From contig DASWWW010000004.1 in assembly GCA_036400935.1 (NCBI GenBank), positions 7,808 through 71,807 of the forward strand: a DNA stretch of 64,000 bases. Direction: 5' to 3'. The notes beneath the pieces were generated by a model. That model ran no database searches. It was not told the origin of the DNA and worked only from the letters and a program-made list of their open reading frames with translations. The stretch comes from Minisyncoccota bacterium (GTDB lineage: Bacteria > Patescibacteriota > Minisyncoccia > Phycocordibacterales > UBA6065). This document shows, in pieces, positions 46,868-57,380 of this stretch (within the stretch, counting starts at the first letter, position 1; every line of letters starts with the position of its first letter). The position numbers and the translations under genes are program-made.

Positions 46868-48031
46868 ATGGAACACATTTTTCTTTCGATCATCATCCCC
46901 GCATACAAGGAGGAGGGCCGCATCGGACCTACGCTCCTTTCCATTGAGGAATATTTCAAGGACAAGAGCTATACATATGAGGTAATCATCGTAAACGACG
47001 GCTCTCCCGACAGGCTCGCGTCGGTCGTCGAGGAGCACATGAAGAGGCACAAGAACGTGCGCTTCATCGACAATCCTGTAAATCGCGGAAAAGGCTATGC
47101 CGTCAAATGCGGCATGTTCGAGGCGCGCGGAGACTATGCCCTCTTCATGGACGCTGACAACTCCGTATCGATCTCGCATCTCGACGCCTTCCTTGCCGAA
47201 GTAAGCAAGGGTTCTGACGTCGTCATCGGCTCGATCGAGGTCGGCAACGCCGTAAAAAAGGAGAACAACGGCTTCTACAGGCGCTTCCTCAGCCGCATCT
47301 CAAAGGCGCCCGTCCGCCTCCTCGCTACCCCAGGCATATACGACACGCAGCGCGGCTTCAAGCTCTTCTCTCGCAAGGCAATGCGCATTATCTTCCCGAA
47401 GCAGACCGTCGACCGCTTTGCCTTCGATATCGAGATCCTCGTTATCGCCATCTCAAACGGCCTCAGGCTCAAGGAGCTGCCGGTAATATTCAATAACCCT
47501 GTCGGATCGACCGTGCGCCTCTCTGCGTACGTCCGCTCACTCGTCGATCTCGTGCAGATCCGCATCAAGAAGGCCCTCGGCGCCTACGCAGTGCCCGGAC
47601 TCAGGCCGCGGCCGGCAGGAATGCAGGCTGAGAGAACGAATTACGGCAGGCTCGCCGTCCTCGGAATCTGCCTCGCTCTATCGGTCGGCCTGCTCGCAAG
47701 CGTCCGCCCTACCGACACCGTGACGGCGACATCAGTAGCGACTTCGACCCAAAGCCTCATCCCGCGCATAATCTCGCAGTTCACGCCGCAGGCTGAGCTG
47801 CCGGAGAACGCCTCACCGAGCTGGATATACGACCGAGAGCCTACGACCAAGGCAGCCACCGGCACGCTCCTCCTCATTTCATTCCTCTGCGTGCTCGTAG
47901 GAAGCGATCTCATCGCCGGACTCGTCCTGCCTCGAGTGAACGCGGCGGTACGCAAATCACTCCTCGCTACGACCCCTCTGCCTGACCGCGGGACAAAGCG
48001 CCGCTACCCTCTCCTAACCAATCCAGTCTAA
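46868..48031 (+). CDS. GT2 polyprenyl-phosphate glycosyltransferase with C-terminal TM extension
   Basis: IIPAYKE, NDGSPD, NRGKGYAV, MDADNS, DTQRGFKLF, FAFDIE. Confidence 0.88.
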   Translation: MEHIFLSIIIPAYKEEGRIGPTLLSIEEYFKDKSYTYEVIIVNDGSPDRLASVVEEHMKRHKNVRFIDNPVNRGKGYAVKCGMFEARGDYALFMDADNSVSISHLDAFLAEVSKGSDVVIGSIEVGNAVKKENNGFYRRFLSRISKAPVRLLATPGIYDTQRGFKLFSRKAMRIIFPKQTVDRFAFDIEILVIAISNGLRLKELPVIFNNPVGSTVRLSAYVRSLVDLVQIRIKKALGAYAVPGLRPRPAGMQAERTNYGRLAVLGICLALSVGLLASVRPTDTVTATSVATSTQSLIPRIISQFTPQAELPENASPSWIYDREPTTKAATGTLLLISFLCVLVGSDLIAGLVLPRVNAAVRKSLLATTPLPDRGTKRRYPLLTNPV

Positions 48032-48035
48032 ACCC

Positions 48036-49244
48036 ATGAATCCCAAACCCCTGAAAAAAGAGATACTCGGCGTCGCGCTCATAGGTCTCGGCGTTCTCAT
48101 ATTCGCCGGAGTCCTCTACCTGCACAGCATCAATCCCGGCGCGAAGGAGCCGTTCTCAAAGAGCGAGATGCTCGGCTACATCTGGAAGAACTACAAAGAA
48201 GAGTATGTCGAGAAAGACACATACCGCACGCTCGACCGCCAGCAGAACGACATCACAACCTCGGAAGGTCAGGCCTATACCATGCTGCGCGCCGTCTGGA
48301 TGGACGACAAGCAGACCTTCGACGGCGCTTTCAAGTGGGCTAACGACAACCTCGGCCGATCGAGCGACAACCTCTACAGCTGGCTCTTCGGCAAGCGGGC
48401 CGACGGCACCTTCGGCGTGCTCGATGACCGCGGAGGCGAGAACACGGCGTCCGACGCTGACGCGGACATCGCTCTTGCCCTCATCTTTGCCTACAACCGC
48501 TGGGGCGACCAGAACTACCTGACATCGGCGCAGGCAATCATCGACGATATCTGGGATTTCGAAGTCGTATCGGTCAAAGGCATACCGTACATGGCAGCGA
48601 ACGACCTCGAGCGCCTCTCGAAGGAAAAGATCATCGTGAACCCTTCGTACCTTTCGCCTGGCGCATACAGGATATTCGCCAAGTACGATACCGACCACGA
48701 CTGGCTGGCAGTCGTCGACAGTTCGTACAATCTCCTGACAAGCGTCACGCAGAACAGGCTCGACACACAGACGAGCGCAGCCATTCCTCCCGATTGGGTC
48801 GTCATCAGCCGCGAGACCGGAAACGCCATCGACAGCGGCAACGCGAACCTCTCGACCAATTTCGGCTACGAGGCATTGCGCGTGCCATGGAGGATCGCCC
48901 TCGATTACACTTGGTTCAAAGACGACGCGCCAAAGATCTACCTCTCGCGCCTTGGATTCCTCGCGAGCGAATGGAGAGAGAAGGGCCGCCTCGCCTCCGT
49001 CTACAAGCATGACGGATCCCCTGTCGCGGTCGACCAGGTCCCTGCGATGTACGCGGGAACCCTCGGCTACTTCATGATCCAGCAGCCGGACCTCGCCAAG
49101 GAGATCTATGAGCAGAAACTGCTCTTCCTCTTCGACCTCGATACCAATGACTGGAAGACGCGCCTCAGCTACTACGACGACAACATCGTCTGGTTCGGCA
49201 TGGCCCTTTATAACGACCTCTCGCCTAACCTAGACCAGAAATAA
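48036..49244 (+). CDS. glycoside hydrolase family 8 (BcsZ-like endoglucanase)
   Basis: TSEGQAYTML, ASDAD, NPSY, YEALRVPWR, YYD. Confidence 0.9.
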   Translation: MNPKPLKKEILGVALIGLGVLIFAGVLYLHSINPGAKEPFSKSEMLGYIWKNYKEEYVEKDTYRTLDRQQNDITTSEGQAYTMLRAVWMDDKQTFDGAFKWANDNLGRSSDNLYSWLFGKRADGTFGVLDDRGGENTASDADADIALALIFAYNRWGDQNYLTSAQAIIDDIWDFEVVSVKGIPYMAANDLERLSKEKIIVNPSYLSPGAYRIFAKYDTDHDWLAVVDSSYNLLTSVTQNRLDTQTSAAIPPDWVVISRETGNAIDSGNANLSTNFGYEALRVPWRIALDYTWFKDDAPKIYLSRLGFLASEWREKGRLASVYKHDGSPVAVDQVPAMYAGTLGYFMIQQPDLAKEIYEQKLLFLFDLDTNDWKTRLSYYDDNIVWFGMALYNDLSPNLDQK

Positions 49245-49245
49245 C

Positions 49246-52233
49246 ATGAAAGAAGCCATCATCGACCCAAGGAAGAAGTTCCTCGAGACGAAGGTCAAGA
49301 AAATTACGATCCTCACGGCGGCGTTCCTGACGCTCGTGTACTTCATCGTGATCACCTTCCTGTTCCAGCCGGCCAACAAGTGGCTCTTTGGAGCGCTCAT
49401 CCTCGGCGAAGTCTTCCACTCGTTCCAGATCCTCATGTTCCTCTATACGATCTGGAACACCGAATACATGCCGTCCAAGAAAGGAAGGCCGGCGGTCGAT
49501 GGCGGAGTCGACGTGTTCATCACCGTCGCGGGCGAGCCTGTCGACATCGTCGAGGAGACCGTCCAGGCGGCGCTTGCCATGGACTATCCCGACTTCAAGG
49601 TCCACATACTGAACGACGGCCTCGTGGCAAAGAAAGACAACTGGAAGGATATCGAGGCATTAGCCGCGAAATACGGCATCAACTGCATCACCCGAACCGT
49701 GCCGGGAGGAGCCAAGGCCGGCAACATCAACAACGCGATGCGCAATACGGAAAAGCCGTACATCGCCATCTTCGACGCGGACCATGTCCCCCATACAGAC
49801 TTCCTGGCCAAGACCATGATGTATTTCGCCGACGCCCAGGTCGGATACGTCCAGTCGCCCCAGTACTACAAGAATCACGACCTCAACACGGTCACCCGAG
49901 GCGCATGGGAACAGCAGGAGCTCTTCTTCGGCCCGATCTGCAAGGGAAAGAACCGCATGAACAGCGCGACCATGTGCGGAACCAACATGGTCATATCGCG
50001 AAAGGCATTGGAGCAGGTCGGGGGCATGTCCGAGGAGTCGATCGCCGAAGACTTCCTTACCGGAATGCTCATCCACGAGAAGAAGTGGAAGTCCGTCTAC
50101 GTCCCTGAGGTGCTTGCAGAAGGCCTTGCGCCCGAGGATTTCCTCTCGTACTCGAAGCAGCAGTTCCGCTGGGCCCGAGGCGCTCTCGACGTCATATTCA
50201 AGTACAACCTGCTCTTCCGGAACAAGGGCCTGACCTTCGCGCAGCGCTGGCAGTACCTGAGCTCGGTGACATTCTTCCTCTCCGGCGTAATCGTCCTTAT
50301 CGACGCGGCCATTCCCCTCTTCTACTTCTTCTTCGGCCAAGTGCCGATCCTCTCATCGACGATGCTCCTAGCCGCAGCGTTCCTACCGTACATCTTCCTG
50401 ACGCTCTTCATCCTCCAGAAGTCGACGAACTTCTCGTTCACCTTCTCGTCCCTCGCCTTCTCCAATGCCGGCTGGTACATACACATCAAGGCCCTCTTCG
50501 CTACGATCACCAACAGGAAATCAAGCTTCCAGATCACGCCAAAGCGCCAGGTCCAGGGAAACTTCGCCCTGCTCGTCGTGCCTCACATAGCCTACTGCGC
50601 CTTGGTCGTTGCCGGAATCACATTCGCGACGTTGCGCGACGGAGTTACGGCATCGCTCGTGACCAACGCCTCGTGGGCCCTGCTCAATATCGGCATGTTC
50701 GCGCCGTTCATCTACGCCGCATTGCCGCACAAGGAGCCAAAGCCCGAGGAAATGATCGACGCTGAGCTCATAGAATCGCCAAAGAAGAATTCGCGGCACG
50801 CCATCTATATTGCCGGCCTCATCGGCCTTATCTGCGCGCTCTCGGCATTCTTCTTCTCGCACCAGAGCCTCCGCCTCGACGAGTCGCAGAGCCTCTGGCA
50901 GGTGAATCACACGCCGGCGATGATACTCAATATCGTGGCGCGCGACGTGCACGTGCCGCTCTACCACTTCGTCCTCTATGTCTGGGAATATTTCCTCGGC
51001 ACGGACGTGGCGGTCGGCCGCAGCCTGTCCCTCCTTTTCTTCGCCCTGTCGATCCCCCTCATGTACGCATTGGGCAAGAAGGCGTACAACCGCAACGTTG
51101 GCCTCTCGGGCGCAGTGCTGCTCGCCATATCGCCGTTCATGAACTGGTTCGGAAACGAGATCCGCATGTACAGCATGCTCGTATTCTTCGTGCTCGCTAA
51201 CCAGTACTTCTTTATCAGCCTGTTCAAGAGCCAGGAGCGAAGGCTGTGGATCGGCTACGCCCTGACGGCCCTTGCCGGCGTCTACACGCACTACTTCTTC
51301 GCCTTCTTCTTGGCCAGCCAGTCGATATTCTATCTCGCCCGGCGAGACGCGTTCCCTGCCGGTGCACTCAAGAAGTTCAGCATGGTAGCCATCGGGCTCA
51401 TCATTGCCTTTGCCCCATGGGTGGCGTACGTGATCAGCCAAGGATCAGCGCAGAATACCCAGCCGAGCCTCGTGGCGCCATCGTCAGTCGACCTCTTCAA
51501 CGTCTTCTCGCAGTTCGTATTCGGATTCCAGACGGACCACCTGAACACGCTCCTCGTATCGCTCTGGCCGATCACGGTGCTCCTCGCCTTCCTCTTCCTC
51601 AGGAAGAGCCGCGGAGAGTCGGCAGTATCGTCATACTTCGTGGCCATGCTCGCCCTGCCGAACATCCTGGCATTCCTGGTGAGCGTCACCGTCCGGCCGC
51701 TCTTCCTCAGCCGCTACCTGATCGTGTCGATACCCGCGATGTACCTCCTCCTGAGCTGGATCATATCGACCTACAGGCCGCCGCTACGAAATATCTGCCG
51801 TGCCGGGCTCGTCGCTATCATGCTGGCTACGCTTACGATCGAGATCGGCAGCGCGTCAACACCGGTAAAGGAGGAGTACCAGCTGGCAACCGAGCATTTG
51901 GAGTCGCACGCCAAGCCGCAGGACATCATCGTGGTATCGGCGCCCTTCACGATCTATCCGTTCCAGTACTACTACAAGGGCAATACGTCAGTACAGACGC
52001 TTCCTATATGGGATCGCAGCGAGTACGGGCCGATTCCCGCCTTCGACTCCGCCGACCTTCCTCGGCAAGTCGAGGAATTGGCGGGAAGCCATGACAGCCT
52101 CTGGCTCCTCTTGAGTTACGACCAAGGGTATCAGGAGGAAGTCAGGCAGTATTTCGACAGCAATTACCACTTGCTCTGGAAGGAGAAGTATTCGCCGGGA
52201 GTGGAGCTCTATCAGTACCAATTAAGATACTAA
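49246..52233 (+). CDS. cellulose-synthase-like GT2 fused to a GT-C (PMT/ArnT-like) glycosyltransferase
   Basis: AKAGNIN, FDADH, QSPQ, AED, QQFRW; second half LRLDESQS, DVHVPLY, EIRMYS with many TMs; no PilZ motif. Confidence 0.88.
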   Translation: MKEAIIDPRKKFLETKVKKITILTAAFLTLVYFIVITFLFQPANKWLFGALILGEVFHSFQILMFLYTIWNTEYMPSKKGRPAVDGGVDVFITVAGEPVDIVEETVQAALAMDYPDFKVHILNDGLVAKKDNWKDIEALAAKYGINCITRTVPGGAKAGNINNAMRNTEKPYIAIFDADHVPHTDFLAKTMMYFADAQVGYVQSPQYYKNHDLNTVTRGAWEQQELFFGPICKGKNRMNSATMCGTNMVISRKALEQVGGMSEESIAEDFLTGMLIHEKKWKSVYVPEVLAEGLAPEDFLSYSKQQFRWARGALDVIFKYNLLFRNKGLTFAQRWQYLSSVTFFLSGVIVLIDAAIPLFYFFFGQVPILSSTMLLAAAFLPYIFLTLFILQKSTNFSFTFSSLAFSNAGWYIHIKALFATITNRKSSFQITPKRQVQGNFALLVVPHIAYCALVVAGITFATLRDGVTASLVTNASWALLNIGMFAPFIYAALPHKEPKPEEMIDAELIESPKKNSRHAIYIAGLIGLICALSAFFFSHQSLRLDESQSLWQVNHTPAMILNIVARDVHVPLYHFVLYVWEYFLGTDVAVGRSLSLLFFALSIPLMYALGKKAYNRNVGLSGAVLLAISPFMNWFGNEIRMYSMLVFFVLANQYFFISLFKSQERRLWIGYALTALAGVYTHYFFAFFLASQSIFYLARRDAFPAGALKKFSMVAIGLIIAFAPWVAYVISQGSAQNTQPSLVAPSSVDLFNVFSQFVFGFQTDHLNTLLVSLWPITVLLAFLFLRKSRGESAVSSYFVAMLALPNILAFLVSVTVRPLFLSRYLIVSIPAMYLLLSWIISTYRPPLRNICRAGLVAIMLATLTIEIGSASTPVKEEYQLATEHLESHAKPQDIIVVSAPFTIYPFQYYYKGNTSVQTLPIWDRSEYGPIPAFDSADLPRQVEELAGSHDSLWLLLSYDQGYQEEVRQYFDSNYHLLWKEKYSPGVELYQYQLRY

Positions 52234-52239
52234 ACAAAA

Positions 52240-52719
52240 ATGAAAAACAACACACAGACCGTAGGATTTACGTGCGGAGCGATGGACCTCCTTCATGCGG
52301 GCCACGTGCTCATGCTTAAGGAATGCCGATCGCAGTGCGACAAGCTCATCGTAGCGCTCCAGTCCGACCCGTCGATCGATCGAGTAGCGAAAAACCGCCC
52401 TATCCAGTCCATGGAAGAGCGCCAGATCCAGCTCGAAGGCTGCCGCTACGTGGACGAGATCGTCCATTACGACACCGAGGCTGACCTCGTGAATCTGCTC
52501 AAGACGATAAAGCCGGACGTCCGATTCCTCGGAGCCGACTGGAAGGACAAGAAGTTTACCGGCCACGACCTCCCTATCAAGGTGATCTTCAACAGCCGCG
52601 ATCACGGATACTCGTCATCGGACCTCCGCAAGAGGATCTACAAGGCCGAGGCGTCAAAAGAATCCTTTGGAGCGGTTTCTCCGGTCCGCGCGTCAGCCTT
52701 GAAGACGAAGAACTTGTAG
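52240..52719 (+). CDS. cytidylyltransferase (TagD/RfaE-II-like)
   Basis: CGAMDLLHAGH, YVDE, GADW, SSSDLR. Confidence 0.88.
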   Translation: MKNNTQTVGFTCGAMDLLHAGHVLMLKECRSQCDKLIVALQSDPSIDRVAKNRPIQSMEERQIQLEGCRYVDEIVHYDTEADLVNLLKTIKPDVRFLGADWKDKKFTGHDLPIKVIFNSRDHGYSSSDLRKRIYKAEASKESFGAVSPVRASALKTKNL

Positions 52720-53147
52720 CTCAGGAAATTCCAGGTGTTGGTAGCGATAACGCCGGCTACAGCTCCGATATTGGCTCCCCACGCGTCGCCGAGGGACGGC
52801 ACAAGCCACTTCACAAGAGAGAATACTCCGACCGAGGCGGCGATATTGAGCAAGAAGCCGATTCCGCTCGCGGCAAAAAAGGTCACGCCCTCGCGGCGGG
52901 CCTTTTTTGCCGCGGCGCGCTTGAACACCCAGCGGCTGTTCATCACATAGCTATTGGCCACGGCGGCGCAGAACGAGACGCTCTTGAATACGACGTACGC
53001 GGGACGGCCGACCGTGCCTCCGGAAAGCAGCAAAAGGCCGTTGAATGCGGCGAAGTCGATAGCGGTATTGGCTACGCCGGTAACGGCGAAACGGGCATAT
53101 TCGCCCCATCTTTTGCTGTTGAGCAAGGCTTGAACCATAGTCGACAT
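52638..53147 (-). CDS. GtrA-family flippase
   Basis: RFAVTGVANTAIDF, NSYVMNSRWVF, WNFLSYKFFVF. Confidence 0.88.
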   Translation of the reverse strand: MSTMVQALLNSKRWGEYARFAVTGVANTAIDFAAFNGLLLLSGGTVGRPAYVVFKSVSFCAAVANSYVMNSRWVFKRAAAKKARREGVTFFAASGIGFLLNIAASVGVFSLVKWLVPSLGDAWGANIGAVAGVIATNTWNFLSYKFFVFKADARTGETAPKDSFDASAL

Positions 53148-53223
53148 TACTGCCGTAATCGGCGGCCCTATCTTACGGCTAATATACCGAAGCTGCAGCA
53201 TTAAAAGCATAATCACCACGCCC

Positions 53224-53709
53224 ATGAAAAAGATCCAAGATCCAGCGCAGGCCTTCCTGATGAAGATTCAGGCCCTGTACGACATCGAGAAGCAATTGGA
53301 GAAGGCTCTTCCGAAGATGGCCAAGGCTGCCAAGGACGAGGGCTTCCAGGACGCATTCCTCAGCCACCTTGAAGAGACCAAAGAGCACTCGAAAAGGCTC
53401 GAAGGCATATTCAAGATGCTGGGAGTGGCGCCCAAGAAGCTTTCGTGCGACGGCATCCGAGGCATCGTCGAGGACACCAAATGGACTATCGAGCAGGACG
53501 CGACCCCGGCACTGAAAGACGCCATGATCGCGAGCGCCGCCCGATACGCGGAGCACTACGAGATGGCCGGATACATGAGCGCTATCGCGCAGGCGCGGTT
53601 TCTCGGCATGGTGGATGCGGCTGCCCTCCTTACGGAGACGCTGGCCGAAGAGCAGGCAGCGGACAAGGTGTTGGACGGAGCGATGAAAGCAGCATTAAAA
53701 GAAGCGTAA
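53224..53709 (+). CDS. ferritin-like DUF892/YciF protein
   Basis: YDIEKQL..ALP, HLEET, EHYEMAGY, EEQAAD. Confidence 0.9.
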   Translation: MKKIQDPAQAFLMKIQALYDIEKQLEKALPKMAKAAKDEGFQDAFLSHLEETKEHSKRLEGIFKMLGVAPKKLSCDGIRGIVEDTKWTIEQDATPALKDAMIASAARYAEHYEMAGYMSAIAQARFLGMVDAAALLTETLAEEQAADKVLDGAMKAALKEA

Positions 53710-53731
53710 TCAAAAGATAATCAGCAAATAT

Positions 53732-54226
53732 ATGTCAAAGAATGCAACCATCGGCGTAGTTATCGCGATCGTCGTGATACTCGTCGGCGCGGCGGTAATC
53801 TATCAGTCGCGACAAGATGTCGTCGAGCCAATGACTTCGGAGACCTCGTCTTCTGAGACTACGGGCACCCTCGTCACGGGATCGAATGGCGCTACCGGAT
53901 CCACAGGATCGTCAGCGGTAGGCACCGTCAAGCCTGCGACAGGCACCTCGACCCCTACTACGAGCCCTGCGGTATCGGTAGGAACTCCCGGCTACACCGA
54001 CTACGTCATGAAGGCCGGCGAGAGCATCAACATCGCGGGATACACTGCGACTCTCACCTCTATCGGCGCAAGCGACGTCAGCGTCAAGCTCGTAAAGGGC
54101 CCGACGACAAGCAATCAGACATATAAGCTCAATACTCCGAGCACTGGTTACGGCTTTACCGGCGAGGTCCGCAAGATCGACACCGCAAGCAAGTCAGTCA
54201 CCTTCCGAGTCACCATCCTCCCTTAA
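53732..54226 (+). CDS. membrane-anchored Ser/Thr-rich surface protein
   Basis: N-terminal TM, S/T-rich linker, small beta domain. Confidence 0.7.
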   Translation: MSKNATIGVVIAIVVILVGAAVIYQSRQDVVEPMTSETSSSETTGTLVTGSNGATGSTGSSAVGTVKPATGTSTPTTSPAVSVGTPGYTDYVMKAGESINIAGYTATLTSIGASDVSVKLVKGPTTSNQTYKLNTPSTGYGFTGEVRKIDTASKSVTFRVTILP

Positions 54227-54242
54227 TCCGGAACAAGGATGA

Positions 54243-54280
54243 AAGAAGGAGGGCCGCCCTTACGGGCGGCCCTCCTTCTT
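54243..54280. terminator. bidirectional terminator
   Basis: aagaaggagggccgccc-ttac-gggcggccctccttctt. Confidence 0.75.
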
Positions 54281-54282
54281 AT

Positions 54283-55431
54283 TTACTTAGTGAATTTAAT
54301 TTCTACGCCGTCCCACCATCCGTCACCATTGGTATCCATCTTTGCCGGATCGGTCTTTACGCACTGCTTGCCAGAGACCCTCGGCGCAGCGCACGCCTCT
54401 TCGAAGTCTGTAAGGCCGTCCTTGTCAGCATCGTAGGACATCGCCTGAAGCTGCGCCTCGATCTGAGAGTCGCTGGACGTCGCGGTCTTTGGCACGGACC
54501 AGATTCGCTTCGGCTCCTTGATAACCTTCCAGGCATCGCCGTCCTTTACGAAAATCAGGACGTTGCGAGTAAAGGATGTCGAGGTGGCGGAACCCTCCTT
54601 TGTCATGAGGGAGCTATAAATCGCCTGTCTGCCGTCCTGAACGCGAGACGTAAAGTCTGATTCCCGCAACGACGTGACATCGTCATACAGCGCGGCAGTT
54701 GCAGTAGCCACTTTCGCATACGAAACCGCATTCACCGCAGCAAGATCCTTGTTCTTGAGAGCAGTTACGTACGCGGTAACAATCGGCCAGAGATTTATTG
54801 AGGCACTCTGAGACGAGGTCGCAGCAGGCGTGGTAGTCGTTGCGACAACCGAAGGCGTCGAAGTCGGGACAGTAGCCGCGGGAACTGCCGCGACGGGCGC
54901 TTCGACGGCCGTCGATGTCGACACGGAAGCCGTCTGCTCTACGGACTGCACAGGGACAAGAAGGTTATCTTGGAGCTCAGCCGAACCGCTCAGGAACGGG
55001 ATCATGTCGTTCATATATGCATATGCGCCCGCTCCGCCCAAAAGCAAAAGGATGATGAGGAAAATGAGAAGGCCTCCTCCGCCCTTCTTAGCCTTAGGTG
55101 CAGCCTGGACAGGAGCCATGGCGGCAGCCGCAGCGGCCGCGGAGGTCGGCATCGTCATGACAGGAGACTTTGCGACCGCGGAAGGGGCTGATGCAAAAGA
55201 TTGAACAGGCTTGAAGGTCTGCGCGAGCTTCGAAGCGGGCTGGGCCTGCACGGGTGCGGCCGCAGGCGGAACGACAGATGCGGGAGCCGGCGCAGCATTG
55301 AGGGAGTTGAAAGCTTCCTGCGCATCAACCACGCTCCACCCTCCCGCTACAAGGCTCTGCTTGATTGCATCATCGGCTATTCCCGCCGCGCGCTCAGCCT
55401 TGATGTAGTCTGTCAATTCTTTTGTGATCAT
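54283..55431 (-). CDS. bitopic membrane protein with Ala/Pro/Thr linkers and C-terminal Ca-binding DxDxDG motifs
   Basis: Central TM; DADKDGLTDFEE...TDPAKMDTNGDG. Confidence 0.75.
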   Translation of the reverse strand: MITKELTDYIKAERAAGIADDAIKQSLVAGGWSVVDAQEAFNSLNAAPAPASVVPPAAAPVQAQPASKLAQTFKPVQSFASAPSAVAKSPVMTMPTSAAAAAAAMAPVQAAPKAKKGGGGLLIFLIILLLLGGAGAYAYMNDMIPFLSGSAELQDNLLVPVQSVEQTASVSTSTAVEAPVAAVPAATVPTSTPSVVATTTTPAATSSQSASINLWPIVTAYVTALKNKDLAAVNAVSYAKVATATAALYDDVTSLRESDFTSRVQDGRQAIYSSLMTKEGSATSTSFTRNVLIFVKDGDAWKVIKEPKRIWSVPKTATSSDSQIEAQLQAMSYDADKDGLTDFEEACAAPRVSGKQCVKTDPAKMDTNGDGWWDGVEIKFTK

Positions 55432-55527
55432 ATGCAGAAATTGTACCGCGCGCACATGCAAACTACAACACGGCTAAGTGGAAAACACCACGAAGCCGGG
55501 CAAACGAATAAAAAAACCGCCGCAATA

Positions 55528-55794
55528 TCATGCGTCGGCCGATAATTCCGCCAGCACCGCCTGGCGGATGACGATGACAGTGCCCTGCCTTTGGATGAAC
55601 GGCTTCTTCCAATCCAGAATTCCTAAGGCTTTAACGAGGGCGCTGTATACGAGATTATTTTTTGCCCATTCCGGATCGGTGGTTCCGGAACCGATATGAC
55701 TGACAAGGAGGTCTGCCTCGGCCGGCGTATCGGCCGTGACCCTGATCCCGCGCTGCGGATTATCTCCAGCAACATTGTCTACCTCTAACCTCAT
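55528..55794 (-). CDS. hypothetical protein
   Basis: GGAG SD before MRLEVDN; 88 aa. Confidence 0.55.
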   Translation of the reverse strand: MRLEVDNVAGDNPQRGIRVTADTPAEADLLVSHIGSGTTDPEWAKNNLVYSALVKALGILDWKKPFIQRQGTVIVIRQAVLAELSADA

Positions 55795-55922
55795 ATGCCC
55801 TCCTGATTTTTGGATGAAGCTCCTGAATCTTTGGGCTGGAAGAGCTGCTGGTACCTTCCCAGCATACTCCCGCGATCCTGAAATGAAAAGCCGCCGTCTT
55901 GCGACGGCGGCTTTTACTAGAT

Positions 55923-56345
55923 TTAAGCCTGAGACTGTACCGCCGCCACAGAGCTCTTGTTCCAAAGGCTCTTGTAGTGCGACCAATTCTGCCAGAGGAA
56001 ATAAGCGTTGATTAGGAGCAAAACGTTGCCCATGACCGCGCCAGCTGTGAACAATCCCCCGTCGAGGAATGCGTGGAAGCCGACGATGTTTACCGTAATC
56101 GGCAGGATAAGGAGAGCCGCAAGAGCCATCCTGTTGGTGATGATGAGGTAAAGAGTGAATGCGAAGACGATCGCCATGATCCAGGTGATGTAGCCGCCCT
56201 TCATCATGATGTCAATGAAGGTAAAGGCGTCAGCGGTGTTGTACATGTCTGCGGTTGGCGCCGGGAACAAGCCGGTGACTCCGAGGATAGGGCTGATAAT
56301 CAAGAGGCCGAGGACGACCCTGAGAACGATATTGAGTGCTTTCAT
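55923..56345 (-). CDS. DoxX-like membrane protein
   Basis: LRVVLGL, LPITVNIVGFH. Confidence 0.8.
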   Translation of the reverse strand: MKALNIVLRVVLGLLIISPILGVTGLFPAPTADMYNTADAFTFIDIMMKGGYITWIMAIVFAFTLYLIITNRMALAALLILPITVNIVGFHAFLDGGLFTAGAVMGNVLLLINAYFLWQNWSHYKSLWNKSSVAAVQSQA

Positions 56346-56384
56346 AACTTTATTTATTAATAATTGGCTTCACACATAATATCA

Positions 56385-57365
56385 CTATTTCAGGATCTCC
56401 CGCGCGATCACCCGGGACATCACCAGTATCTCGCCGATCGAGCCGCCACCTAGGCGGCCCTTGCCGTGCATGCCGTAGGCGCATTCGCCGAGAGCGTACA
56501 TATTCTTCACCTTCGATTCTCCCCGCTTGTTTATGCGTATGCCGCCGAGGACGAAATGAGGCTCAATATCGAGCTCGATTCTCCTGTCTCCATTCACGGC
56601 GTACCTCTTGGCGCTCCTCTGATACTCCTTGCATATGTCGTCGAATTTATGGTGAGCATTGTGGGCCCGAACCAGATGATGGGTCAACTCAAGCCTCTTG
56701 TCCTTCTCATCGACGAAATCGAAGCTGTACAAGTCGTCGCTGGGGATGCAGACGCCCTTCGAATAGAACGGGTGCCTCATCACCAGGTCCTGATACATGA
56801 CCTGGCATCCCGCCGCCCTCGCGATCTCGAACATATTGTTCTCCACTTTCTCGTCGGCAAATTTTTCAGACAGCCGCGCCCTGATCCCGCCAAAGCAGAA
56901 TACGACTTTCTTGCAGTGAATCACCTGCTTGTTTGTCTTGACCTCGATATATCCACGCTTTTTGAGCACCGATTCGACCTCAGCGTATACACGGCTGAAT
57001 TTTGATTCTGCGCGAATCTTGTCGAGCAGGGCCTTGGGATCGCTCACCTTCGCGCCCAGATACGAAGGCTCCATCTTTGTCAGGTGGCTTAGATACGTGA
57101 GCTCGTCGTCGATGGTATTTACGAATATGTTTACCAGCTGCTTGTTGCTCTTGCCGTAGCTCGCCAGATTCATAGACTCTCTGAGCGAGGTCTGCTTCAC
57201 GCCTCGCGATCGTATGTTGAAATACGATTTGTCGCTCACCGTTTTCATGTCCGGGGCAACGATGAAGAAATCCCTCTTCCCGCCCGCGAGCAGATGATGG
57301 GCAAGATAGAGCCCCGAGAAACCCGCGCCAATGATTACCGTCTCTGTTGTTGCAACTTCTTTCAT
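56385..57365 (-). CDS. FAD-dependent oxidoreductase, compact NadB/SdhA-family
   Basis: IIGAGFSG, HFVLGGI, YALGECA.GMHGKGRLGGGS. Confidence 0.8.
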   Translation of the reverse strand: MKEVATTETVIIGAGFSGLYLAHHLLAGGKRDFFIVAPDMKTVSDKSYFNIRSRGVKQTSLRESMNLASYGKSNKQLVNIFVNTIDDELTYLSHLTKMEPSYLGAKVSDPKALLDKIRAESKFSRVYAEVESVLKKRGYIEVKTNKQVIHCKKVVFCFGGIRARLSEKFADEKVENNMFEIARAAGCQVMYQDLVMRHPFYSKGVCIPSDDLYSFDFVDEKDKRLELTHHLVRAHNAHHKFDDICKEYQRSAKRYAVNGDRRIELDIEPHFVLGGIRINKRGESKVKNMYALGECAYGMHGKGRLGGGSIGEILVMSRVIAREILK

Positions 57366-57380
57366 TTGATTGTTTTGAGA

